A stretch of 64,000 bases of DNA. Source: Thermoanaerobaculia bacterium. Its GTDB lineage: Bacteria > Acidobacteriota > Thermoanaerobaculia > Multivoradales > Multivoraceae. The stretch spans positions 2,272,001 through 2,336,000 of the forward strand of contig OY762911.1 of NCBI GenBank assembly GCA_963666565.1, written 5' to 3'. How positions within the stretch are numbered: position 1 is the stretch's first letter; every line of letters starts with the position of its first letter. The notes beneath the pieces are model-generated. The model was given only the letters and a program-made list of their open reading frames with translations. It had not been told where the DNA came from and ran no database searches. The position numbers were made by a program, and so were the translations under genes. Positions 21,901-33,900 of the stretch are shown here, piece after piece.

Positions 21901-24900
21901 AGGTTGGCGGTGACGCTGCCGTAGCCGCCGCCTGCCGCGGTGTGCTTGATGACGGCCGTTCCGTTGTCGCCGTCGTTGTCCTCGTCCGCTTCGAGAGTGA
22001 CGGTCTGGTCGGTGTTCCAGTTCGTGGTGGTGAAGGTGAGGGAGGCGCCGGTCTTGACGTCGATGTTCTCGTCCTGGGTTCCGGTCGTGCTTCTCGCGAC
22101 GGTGACGGTGACGCTGGCGCTGGGCTTGGTGGCGAGCTTGATCTTGTAGCTGGCGGTGGAACCCTCGGTGACGGAGACGCTGGTCGGGTTGAGCGTGAAG
22201 CCCTTCGTGTCGTTGTCCGACTCGGTGGCGGTGAGGTTGGCGGTGACGCTGCCGTAGCCGCCGCCTGCCGCGGTGTGCTTGATGACGGCCGTTCCGTTGT
22301 CGCCGTCGTGGTCTTCGTCGGCCTCCAGGGTGACGGTTTGGTCGGTGTTCCAGTTCGTGGTGGTGAAGGTGAGGGATGCGCCGGTCTTGACGTCGATGTC
22401 CTCGTCCTGGGTTCCGGTGGTGCTCCTTGCGACGGTGACGGTGACGCTGGCGCTGGGCTTGGTGGCGAGCTTGATCTTGTAGCTGGCGGTCGAGCCCTCG
22501 GTAACGGAGACGCTGGTGGGGTTGAGCGTGAAGCCCTTCGTGTCGTTGTCCGACTCGGTGGCGGTGAGGTTGGCGGTGACGGCGCCGTAGCCGCCGCCTG
22601 CCGCGGTGTGCTTGATGACGGCCGTTCCGTTGTCGCCGTCGTGGTCTTCGTCGGCCTCCAGGGTGACGGTCTGGTCGGTGTTCCAGTTGGTGGTGGTGAA
22701 GGTGAGCGAGGCGCCGGTCTTGACGTCGATGTCCTCGTCCTGGTTTCCGGTGGTGCTCCTTGCGACGGTGACGGTGACGCTGGCGCTGGGCTTCGTCGTC
22801 AGCTTGACCTTGTAGCTGGCGGTGGATCCTTCGGTAACGGAGACGCTGGTGGGGTTGAGCGTGAAGCCCTTGGTGTCGTTGTCCGACTCCGTGGCGGTGA
22901 GGTTGGCGGTGACGCTGCCGTAGCCGCCGCCTGCCGCGGTGTGCTTGATGACGGCCGTTCCGTTGTCGCCGTCGTGGTCTTCGTCGGCCTCCAGGGTGAC
23001 GGTCTGGTCGGTGTTCCAGTTCGTGGTGGTGAAGGTGAGGGATGCGCCGGTCTTGACGTCGATGTCCGTGTCCTGGGTTCCGGCGGTGCTTCTGGCGACG
23101 GTGACGGTGACGCTGGCGCTGGGCTTCGTCGTCAGCTTGATCTTGTAGCTGGCGGTGGATCCTTCGGTGACGGAGACGCTGGTGGGGTTGAGGGTGAAGC
23201 CCTTCGTGTCGTTGTCCGACTCGGTGGCGGTGAGGTTCGCGGTGACGGCGCCGTAGCCGCCGCCCTCGGCGGTGTGCTTGATGACCGCCGTGCCGTTGTC
23301 GCCGTCGTGGTCCTCGTCGGCCTCCAGGGTGACGGTCTGGTCGGTGTTCCAGTTCGTGGTGGTGAAGGTGAGGGATGCGCCGGTCTTGACGTCGATGTCG
23401 GTGTCCTGGGTTCCCGCGGTGCTGCGCGCGACGGTGACGGTGACGTCGCCGGAGGGCTTCGTTGCGAGCTTGACCTTGTAGTCGGCCGTCGAGCCTTCGG
23501 TGACGGAGACGCCGGCTGACGGCGTGAGGGTGAAGGCCTTCGTGTCGTCGTCTCCCTCGGTGGCCGTCAGTTCGGCGGTGACGGCACCGTAGCCGCCGCC
23601 CTCGGCGGTGTGCCTGATGGTCGCCGTGCCGTTGTCGCCGTCCTCGTCCTGGTCGGCCTCCAGGGTCACGGTCTGGTCCGTGTTCCAGTTGGCGGTGGTG
23701 AAGGTGAGAGAGGCGCCGGTCTTGACGTCGATGTCGGAGTCCTGGTCGTTCCCGGTCTTCCTTGCGACGGTGACGGTGACGTCGCCGGTGGGCTTCGTTG
23801 CGAGCTTGACCTTGTAGTCGGCCGTCGAGCCTTCATTGACGGTGACGCCGGCTGACGGCGTGAGGGTGAAGCCCTTCGTGTCGTCGTCTCCCTCGGTGGC
23901 CGTCAGTTCGGCGGTGACCGAGCCGTAGCCGCCGCCCTCCGCGGTGTGCTTGATGACCGCCGTGCCGTTCTCGCCGTCCTCGTCCTGGTCGGCCTCCAGG
24001 GTCACCGTCTGGTCGGTGTTCCAGTTGGCGGTGGTGAAGGTGAGCGTGCCGCCGGTGTGGACGTCGATGTCGGAGTCCTGGTCGTTTCCGGTCTTTCGGG
24101 CGACGGTGACGGTGACGTCGCCGGTGGGCTTCGTCGCCAGCTTGACCTGGTAGTCGACGGTCGAGCCCTCGTTGACGGTGACGCCGGATGGCGAGGACAG
24201 CGTGAAGGCCTTCGTGTCGTCGTCTCCCTCGGTGGCCGTGAATTCGGCGACAACCGAGGCGTAGCCGCCGCCGCTGGCGGAGTGCCTGATGACCGCCGTG
24301 CCGTTCTCGCCGTCGCTGTCCTGGGCCGCCTGGAGGGTCACGGTCTGGTCCGTGTTCCAGTTGTCGGTCGTAAAGGTGAGCGACGAGCCGGTCTTCACGC
24401 TGATGTCGGAGTCCTGGTCGTTTCCGGTCTTCCTTGCGACGGCGACGGTGACGTCGCCGGTGGGCCGGAGCGCGAGCTTGACCTTGTAGTCGACCGTCGA
24501 CCCCTCGTTGACCGTGACGCCGGTGGACGGGGTGAGACTGATGGAACTCGTGGTGGCCGTCGCGGCGTCGGACGCGGATCCCTCTCCCGTGGTGTTCACG
24601 GCCCGCACCTGGAAGGAGTACGTCGAGCCGTGGTCGAGGCCGGTGACGGTGTGGCTGGTGGTGGCGGCGCCGCTGCCCGCGATGTCCGTCCAGTCGCCCC
24701 AGGCGGCATTGCCCTTCTTTCTTCGGACCTGCCACCTGGTGATCGGCGAACCGCCGTCGCCTCCCGATGTCCAGGTCAGGGACGCCCTGGCGTTGGCGCC
24801 GGCGGCCGTCAGGCCGGTCGGCTTGGCGGGCGCGTGCCCCGGAGTGCCGGTCTTCTCGGCCGACCAGGGACCGTCGCCCGCGCCGTTCGTCGCCCGCACG

Positions 24901-27900
24901 CGGAAGGTGTAGGCGGTGCCGTTCTCGAGTGCGCCCCAACTGTGCTGCGTCGCGGTCGTCGTGTGCTGCCGATTGGACAAGCCCCATTCCTCGGCGCCGG
25001 ACTTCCACTGCACGGTGTAGCCGGTGATGGCGGAGCCGTTGCTCGCGGGCGCCGCCCAGCCGAAGGCCAGGAAGCGGTCGCGGGTGCGGACGACCAGCCC
25101 GGCCGGAGCGTCGGGCACGCCGTCCGGCGTGCCCGACGCCTCGACGGACCAGTCGCTGTCCCCGACCGCGTTCGTCGCTCGCACGCGAACGAAGTACTTC
25201 GTGTCGTTCGTCAGGCCGGAGATCGTGGCGGTCGTTCCGGTGACCGTTTGCGGCGTCGAGGAGCTCCAGGGATTGGAGATGTCCGTCCACTGGACCGTGT
25301 AGCCGGTGATGTCCGAGCCGTTGCTCGCCGGAGCGGCCCAGGACACCTCCAGCCGGGTGTTGCCCGTCGTCACGGTGATCGCCGGCGCGTCCGGCACGGT
25401 CGCCCTCGGCGTGCCGGTCGCGGTGCTCGACCAGGGGCCGGCGCCGCCGGAGGTCACGGCCTGGACCCGCACGGTGTAGGTCGTGGCGTTCGTCAGGCCG
25501 AAGATGCTGCGCTTGACGTAGCCGTCCGTGTCGGCGGCGGCGCCGGCGTGGAGTTGGCGGGAGGTGGAGAACTCCTGCGTCCCGGACTTCCACTGCACCC
25601 AGTAGTTCGAGATGTCCGCGCCGCCGTCGTCGGCCGGTTCCAGCCATGCGACGAGCAGGCGCTGGTGGGACTCGACGTTGACCTTGAGGCCGGTCGGCGC
25701 TCCCGGCGGCCCCGCCGGCGTCGCCGCAGCCTCGGCGCTGGCCGTGCCGTCGCCCACCGAGTTCGCCGCCCGCACCTGGAAGCGGTAGGCCGTGCCGTTG
25801 GTCAACGGGGTCGCCGTGTAGCCGGTCGTCGAGGCGTTGCTGTCCGGGATCGCGGTCCAGGACCCCCAGGGGTTCGTGCCGTCCTTCCGGCGGACTTTCC
25901 ACATGGTGACGGCCGAGTCGCCGTCGTCTCCGGCGGTCCAGCTCAGGGCGACCTGCGCATTGCCGGGCGTCGCCGTGAGGTTCGTCGGCGCGGCGGGCGC
26001 GGTGGGCCCGGTGACGGACGGCGTCACCGGATTCGAGTCGTCGCTGGCGGCGCCGTCGCCGGCCGAGTTCACGGCCAGCACCTGGAACGTGTACTCGATC
26101 CCGTTGGTCAGCGTCGTCGCCGTGTGGCTGGTGGTCGTGGCGTTGCTGCCCGGGATCGCGGTCCAGGCGCCCCAGGCGTTCGTGCCCGCCTTCTGGCGGA
26201 CCTTCCAGCTCGTGATCGCCGAACCGCCGTTGCCGCCCGCGGTCCACGTGAGCGACACCTGGGCGTTGCCGGCGACCGCCCGCGGCCGCGTCGGCTTGAG
26301 CGGCGGGTTCGCGCCCGGCGTGGCGGCGACGACGCTCGACCAGGGGCCGTCGCCTGCCGCGTTGGCCGCGCGCACCCGGACGCTGTACTCCGTGCCGTCG
26401 GTCAGGCTCCCGATCGAGTGGCTGGTTCCGGTCGCCGTCGCCTGCCGCGAACTGCCGAAACTCTCGCCGCCCGACTTCCACTGCACGGTGTAGCCCGAGA
26501 GCGCCGGGCCGAGGTTGAGGGGCGCCGTCCAGGTCACCGCGAGCTGGCCGACGCTCTTCGCCAGCGTCGGCGCGGGCGCGGCGGGGCGGGCCTGCACGCC
26601 GGCGGAGGCCGCGCCGCCGCCGTGGCCGTTCACGGCCCGGATCCGGAAGCTCTGAACTCCCCGGTACCGCAGGCCGGTGACCGTCGCGCTCGTCGTGCTC
26701 GCTCCGGCGCCGGGGACGGAGTACCACGCGTCGGCCCCGAACGGGATCGACGGCGGAACCGCCTGCTGGACCTGCCAGTCGCTGATCGAGAGGTCGGCCG
26801 GGTTCGTCCAGGTGAGAAGCACGCTGTCGGCGCTCGCCGTCGCCGCCGAGAGCCCGGTCGGCGCGGACGGTGCCGCGGCCGCCGGCGAGACCGGATCGGA
26901 CGGCGCGCTCTCCGCGCCCGAGCCCGCGGCGTTCACGCCCCGCACCTTGAAGCGGTAGCTCGTGCCGTTGGTCAGTCCGGTCACCGTCCGGCTCCGAGGG
27001 AGGTCGGTCCAGGTCGTGCCCCAGGCGTTCGTTCCGTCCTTGCGCACCACCTGCCAGGTCGTGACCGGCGAGCCGCCGTCGTCGCCGTCCGTCCAGTTCA
27101 GGACGACCTGCCGGTCGCCGGCGGTTCCGGCGAGATCGGTCGGCGCGGCGGGGACGACGGGCCTGGGCGTCGCGCGGGCCTCGGTCGAGGCGTAGCCGGG
27201 GCCGATGTGGTTGATCGCCGCCACCCGGAACCCGTACTCCGTGTAGTTGTCCAGCCCGGTGACGGTGTGGGTCGCGGCGGAGGCGCCGCCGGGGATGTCG
27301 AACCAGCGCGGGTCGTGGTCCCAGTCGTGGGAACCCGCTCGCATCTGGAACCGCCAGCGCACGATTCCGGCGCCGCCGGCCGAGGTCCAGGCCAGGGTCA
27401 CCGTCCGGTTGCCCCCGGTCGCGGTCAGGCCGGTGGGGGCCGGCGGGAAGGCCTGGGGGGTGGCCGTCGCGGCGTCCGACTGGGCGCCGTTGCCGGTCGC
27501 GTTGACGGCCCGCACCAGGAACCGGTACTCCGTGCCGTTCGTGAGCCCGGTCACCGTGTGGGCGGCGGTGGAGGCGCCGCTGCCGGCGACCGCGGTCCAG
27601 GAGGCTTCCCACGCGTTCGTCCCTTCCTTCTTGCGGAACTCCCAGCGCGTGATCGAGCTGTTGTCGGGGTCGGTCCAGGTCAGCGCAACCCTGGCGTCGC
27701 CCGCCTTCGCCGCCAACCCGGCGGGCTTGGCCGGGATCAGGGTCGCCGACGCCTCGTCCGAAGAGGGTCCCGCGGCGCCCGTCTTCACCGGACGGATCCG
27801 GAAGCCGTAGGTGTGGCCGTTGTCGAGCCCGGCGACCGAGTGCGAGGTGGTGGAGGCGCCGCTGCCGCTCATCAGGTTCCAGGCCCCGTAGCTGCCACCG

Positions 27901-30900
27901 TCGGTCCGGTAGCGGTACTGCCAGGCGGTCACCGTGGAGTCGTTCAGGTTCGTCCACGCCAGGTCCGCGCCGCCGTCGCGGGGCGTCGCCGTGAGCCCGG
28001 CCGGCTTGCTGAACAGGGTCGTCGAGACCTCGTTCGACCAGGCGCTCGTGCCCACGGAGTTCGCCGCGCGCACCTGGAACGCGTAGGACGCGCCGTTGGT
28101 CAGGCCGGTCACCGTGTGGCTGGTGGTCGAGGCGCCGCTGTCGGCGACGTTCGTCGCCGAACCCCAGGTCCCGGCCGTCTTCTGGCGGTAGTCGTAGCGG
28201 CTGACCGAGTCGTCGTCCGGGTCGCTCCAGGACAGGCGCACCCGGCCGTCGCCGGTGGCGATGGTGATCGTCGGCGCGGCGGGCGCCTGGGTCGCCGCGC
28301 TCCCGGTGGGCGTCGCCTTCGCCTCGTCGGAGACGACGCCTTCGCCGCCCGGATTCACGGCGCGCACCTGGAACGCGTACTCGGTCCCCGGGGCGAGTCC
28401 GGTGACGGTGTAGCCGGTGGTCGAGGCGCTGCTGCCCGGAACGTCGGTCCAGCTTCCGTAGTCGGACGAGCCGGCGCTCTTCTTCCGGTACCGGAACTTC
28501 ACGATGTGGGAGAGATTCGGACCGCCCCATCCGAGTGTGACCTGCCCCGGTCCGGGCGTGGCGCTCAGGTTGCGCTTCGCGGGAACGGTCATCGCGGCGA
28601 CTTCGCCCGAGGGGCCGCTCGCGCCCGCGGAGTTCACGGCCCGCACCTGGTAGGTGTAGATCAGGCCGTTGGTCAGGCCGGTGACGGTGGCGCTGGTCGT
28701 GGCCGCGCCGCTGCTTGCCACCGTGGTCCAGCTCCCGTCCTTCAGCCGGTACTGCCACGATGTGATCGAGGAGTCCAGCGGGTCCGTCCAGGAAAGGGTC
28801 ACCTGGCTGTCGCCGCCGGTGAAGGAGAGGCCCGTCGGCGGCAGCGGCGGCATCAGCTCGGAGGTCGTGTTCGAGGGCGCGCCGGCGCCGTTCGCGTTCA
28901 CCGCGCGCACCTGGAAGACGAGCGTGACGCCGGCGCCGCCGCCGACGGTCGCCGACGTGGTGGTCGCGCCGCTGTTCGGGATGGCCTCCCACAGGTCGTC
29001 CGTGAAGGTGTCCGTCGTCCGCCGCCAGCGGTACTCCCAGCCCGTGATCGACGAGTCGTTCGGGTTCGTCCAGGTCAGGGTGACTCCGGGGTTGGCGTAG
29101 GACGAGGTCAGCCCGGTGGGGGCCGCGGGCAGGCCCTTCACCAGGACTTCGACCGTGTCCGTGGCGGAGGCGAGGCCCAGGGAGTCGGTAACCTGGAGGC
29201 GGAAGGTCAGTGTGAGGTTCGCGGTCGTGCTCGGGGCGGTGAAGGTCGGCCCCGCGACCGTCTGGCTGCTCAGGGTGACCGGGTTCGTGACCGTCACCGC
29301 GGGGGGAGTCGGGATCTGCGTCCAGGCGTAAGTGAGGGCCTGCTCTTCGGGGTCGCTGCTGGCGCTGCCGTCGAGCGTCACGGTGGTGCCCGAGAGGACG
29401 CTCTGGTCCGAACCGGCGTTGGCGTTGGGAGCGGTGTTGGCGTCGATCTCGATGTCGAAGGTCGCCGTCGCCGTGTCGCCGTCCTGGTCGGTGGCGGTGT
29501 AGGTGTAGCCGGTGGCGGTCTGGTGGCCGGTCGGGGTGCCGGAGAGTTGCCGGGACGAGGCGGTGAAGGTCAGGCCCGGCGGCAGTGCCGGCGTGCCGCT
29601 GGTCCTGGCCAGGGTGTAGGTGTAGGGGGCGTTGCCGCCGGTCGCGGCGGGCAAGGTCAGCGTGGTGATGGCGCTGTTCTGGTGGTAGCTCTGGTCGGAG
29701 ACCGAGCCCAGCGAGGGCTGGGTGTCCGCCTCCACCGTCAGGTCGAAAGTCAGGGTGTCCGTGTCGCCGTCAGCGTCGGTGACGGTGTAGGTGTAGGCGG
29801 TCTCGGCCTTGAGCGCCGTCGGGGTGCCCGAGAGCTGGCGCGAGGAAGCGGTGAACGAGAGGCCCGTCGGCGGTTCCGGCGACAGCGAGTAGGTCAGCGG
29901 CGTGTCGCCGCCGGTGGCGGCGGGGAAAGTCACCGTGGTGATCGCGGCATTCTGCACGTAGACCTTGTCGGCGATGCTGGCGTCGTCGGCGAAGGAGGGG
30001 CTGTTGTCCTGGGTGACGGTGATGTCGAAGGTGGCGGTCGCGGTGTCGCCGTTCGCGTCGGTGACGGTGTAGGTGTACTCCGCAGCGGTCTGGTGGCCGG
30101 TGGGAGTGCCGGAGAGTTGCCGGGACGAGGCGGTGAAGGTCAGGCCCGGCGGCAGCGCCGGCGATCCGGAGGTCTTCGACAGCGTGTAGGTCAGGGGCGT
30201 GTTGCCGCCGGTCGCGGCGGGCAGGGTCAGCGTGGTGATGGCGCTGTCCTGGTGGTAGGTCTGGTCGGAGACCGAGCCCAGCGAGGGCTGGGTGTCGGCC
30301 TCCACCGTGATGTCGAAGGTCAGGGTGTCCGTGTCGCCGTCAGCGTCGGTGACGGTGTAGGTGTAGGCGGTCTCGGCCTTGAGCGCCGTCGGGGTGCCCG
30401 AGAGCTGGCGCGAGGAAGCGGTGAACGAGAGGCCCGTCGGCGGTTCCGGCGACAGCGAGTAGGTCAGCGGCGTGTCGCCGCCGGTGGCGGCGGGGAAAGT
30501 CACCGTGGTGATCGCGGCGTTCTGCACGTAGACCTTGTCGGCGATGCTGGCGTCGTCGGCGAAGGAGGGGCTGTTGTCCTGGGTGACGGTGATGTCGAAG
30601 GTGGCGGTCGCGGTGTCGCCGTTCGCGTCGGTGACCGTGTAGGTGTACTCCGCAGCGGTCTGGTGGCCGGTGGGAGTGCCGGAGAGCTGGCGCGACGAGG
30701 CGGTGAAGGTCAGGCCCGGCGGCAGCGCCGGCGATCCGGAGGTCTTCGACAGCGTGTAGGTCAGGGGCGTGTTGCCGCCGGTGGCGGCGGGCAGGGTCAG
30801 CGCGGTGATGGCGCTGTCCTGGTGGTAGGTCTGGTCGGAGACCGAGCCCAGGGTGGGCTGCGCGTCCGCCTCCACCGTGAGGTCGAAGGTCAGGGTGTCC

Positions 30901-33900
30901 GTGTCGCCGTCAGCGTCGGTGACGGTGTAGGTGTAGGCGGTCTCGGCCTTGAGCGCCGTCGGGGTGCCCGAGAGCTGGCGCGAGGAAGCGGTGAACGAGA
31001 GGCCCGTCGGCGGTTCCGGCGACAGCGAGTAGGTCAGCGGCGTGTCGCCGCCGGTGGCGGCGGGGAAAGTCACCGTGGTGATCGCGGCGTTCTGCACGTA
31101 GACCTTGTCGGCGATGCTGGCGTCGTCGGCGAAGGAGGGGCTGTTGTCCTGGGTGACGGTGATGTCGAAGGTGGCGGTCGCGGTGTCGCCGTCCTGGTCG
31201 GTGACGGTGTAGGTGTAGCCGGTGGCGGTCTGGTGGCCGGTGGGAGTGCCGGAGAGTTGCCGGGACGAGGCGGTGAAGGTCAGGCCCGGCGGCAGCGCCG
31301 GCGATCCGGAGGTCTTCGACAGCGTGTAGGTCAGGGGCGTGTTGCCGCCGGTGGCGGCGGGCAGGGTCAGCGCGGTGATGGCGCTGTCCTGGTGGTAGGT
31401 CTGGTCGGAGACCGAGCCCAGGGTGGGCTGCGCGTCGGCCTCCACCGTGAGGTCGAAGGTCAGGGTGTCCGTGTCGCCGTCGTTGTCGGTGACGGTGTAG
31501 GTGTAGGCGGTCTCGGCCTTGAGCGCCGTCGGGGTGCCCGAGAGCTGGCGCGAGGAAGCGGTGAACGAGAGGCCCGTCGGCGGTTCCGGCGACAGCGAGT
31601 AGGTGAGCGGCGTGTCGCCGCCGGTGGCGGCGGGGAATGTCACCGTGGTGATCGCGGCGTTCTGCACGTAGACCTTGTCGGCGATGCTGGCGTCGTCGGC
31701 GAACGAGGGGCTGTTGTCCTGGGTGACGGTGATGTCGAAGGTGGCGGTCGCGGTGTCGCCGTCCTGGTCGGTGACGGTGTAGGTGTAGCCGGTGGCGGTC
31801 TGGTGGCCGGTGGGAGTGCCGGAGAGCTGGCGGGACGAGGCGGTGAAGGTCAGGCCCGGCGGCAGCGCCGGCGATCCGGAGGTCTTCGACAGCGTGTAGG
31901 TCAGGGGCGTGTTGCCGCCGGTGGCGGCGGGCAGGGTCAGCGCGGTGATGGCGCTGTCCTGGTGGTAGGTCTGGTCGGAGACCGAGCCCAGCGAGGGCTG
32001 CGCGTCGGCCTCCACCGTGAGGTCGAAGGTCAGGGTGTCCGTGTCGCCGTCAGCGTCGGTGACGGTGTAGGTGTAGGCGGTCTCGGCCTTGAGCGCCGTC
32101 GGGGTGCCCGAGAGCTGGCGCGAGGAAGCGGTGAACGAGAGGCCCGTCGGCGGCTCCGGCGACAGCGAGTAGGTGAGCGGCGTGTCGCCGCCGGTGGCGG
32201 CGGGGAATGTCACCGTGGTGATCGCGGCGTTCTGCACGTAGACCTTGTCGGCGATGCTGGCGTCGTCGGCGAACGAGGGGCTGTTGTCCTGGGTGACGGT
32301 GATGTCGAAGGTGGCGGTCGCGGTGTCGCCGTTCGCGTCGGTGACGGTGTAGGTGTACTCCGCAGCGGTCTGGTGGCCGGTCGGGGTGCCCGAGAGCTGG
32401 CGGGACGAGGCGGTGAAGGTCAGGCCCGGCGGCAGCGCCGGCGATCCGGAGGTCTTCGACAGCGTGTAGGTCAGGGGCGTGTTGCCGCCGGTCGCGGCGG
32501 GCAGGGTCAGCGCGGTGATGGCGCTGTCCTGGTGGTAGCTCTGGTCGGAGACCGAGCCCAGCGAGGGCTGCGCGTCGGCCTCCACCGTGATGTCGAAGGT
32601 CAGGGTGTCCGTGTCGCCGTCAGCGTCGGTGACGGTGTAGGTGTAGGCGGTCTCGGCCTTGAGCGCCGTCGGGGTGCCCGAGAGCTGGCGCGAGGAAGCG
32701 GTGAACGAGAGGCCCGTCGGCGGTTCCGGCGACAGCGAGTAGGTCAGCGGCGTGTCGCCGCCGGTGGCGGCGGGGAAAGTCACCGTGGTGATCGCGGCGT
32801 TCTGCACGTAGACCTTGTCGGCGATGCTGGCGTCGTCGGCGAAGGAGGGGCTGTTGTCCTGGGTGACGGTGATGTCGAAGGTGGCGGTCGCGGTGTCGCC
32901 GTTCGCGTCGGTGACGGTGTAGGTGTACTCCGCAGCGGTCTGGTGGCCGGTGGGAGTGCCGGAGAGTTGCCGGGACGAGGCGGTGAAGGTCAGGCCCGGC
33001 GGCAGCGCCGGCGATCCGGAGGTCTTCGACAGCGTGTAGGTCAGGGGCGTGTTGCCGCCGGTCGCGGCGGGCAGGGTCAGCGTGGTGATGGCGCTGTCCT
33101 GGTGGTAGGTCTGGTCGGAGACCGAGCCCAGGGTGGGCTGCGCGTCCGCCTCCACCGTGAGGTCGAAGGTCAGGGTGTCCGTGTCGCCGTCAGCGTCGGT
33201 GACGGTGTAGGTGTAGGCGGTCTCGGCCTTGAGCGCCGTCGGGGTGCCCGAGAGCTGGCGCGAGGAAGCGGTGAACGAGAGGCCCGTCGGCGGTTCCGGC
33301 GACAGCGAGTAGGTCAGCGGCGTGTCGCCGCCGGTGGCGGCGGGGAAAGTCACCGTGGCGATCGCGGCGTTCTGCACGTAGACCTTGTCGGCGATGCTGG
33401 CGTCGTCGGCGAACGAGGGGCTGTTGTCCTGGGTGACGGTGATGTCGAAGGTGGCGGTCGCGGTGTCGCCGTTCGCGTCGGTGACCGTGTAGGTGTACTC
33501 CGCAGCGGTCTGGTGGCCGGTGGGAGTGCCGGAGAGTTGCCGGGACGAGGCGGTGAAGGTCAGGCCCGGCGGCAGCGCCGGCGATCCGGAGGTCTTCGAC
33601 AGCGTGTAGGTCAGGGGCGTGTTGCCGCCGGTCGCGGCGGGCAGGGTCAGCGCGGTGATGGCGCTGTCCTGGTGGTAGGTCTGGTCGGAGACCGAGCCCA
33701 GCGAGGGCTGCGCGTCCGCCTCCACCGTGAGGTCGAAGGTCAGGGTGTCCGTGTCGCCGTCGTTGTCGGTGACGGTGTAGGTGTAGGCGGTCTCGGCCTT
33801 GAGCGCCGTCGGGGTGCCCGAGAGCTGGCGCGAGGAAGCGGTGAACGAGAGGCCCGTCGGCGGTTCCGGCGACAGCGAGTAGGTCAGCGGCGTGTCGCCG

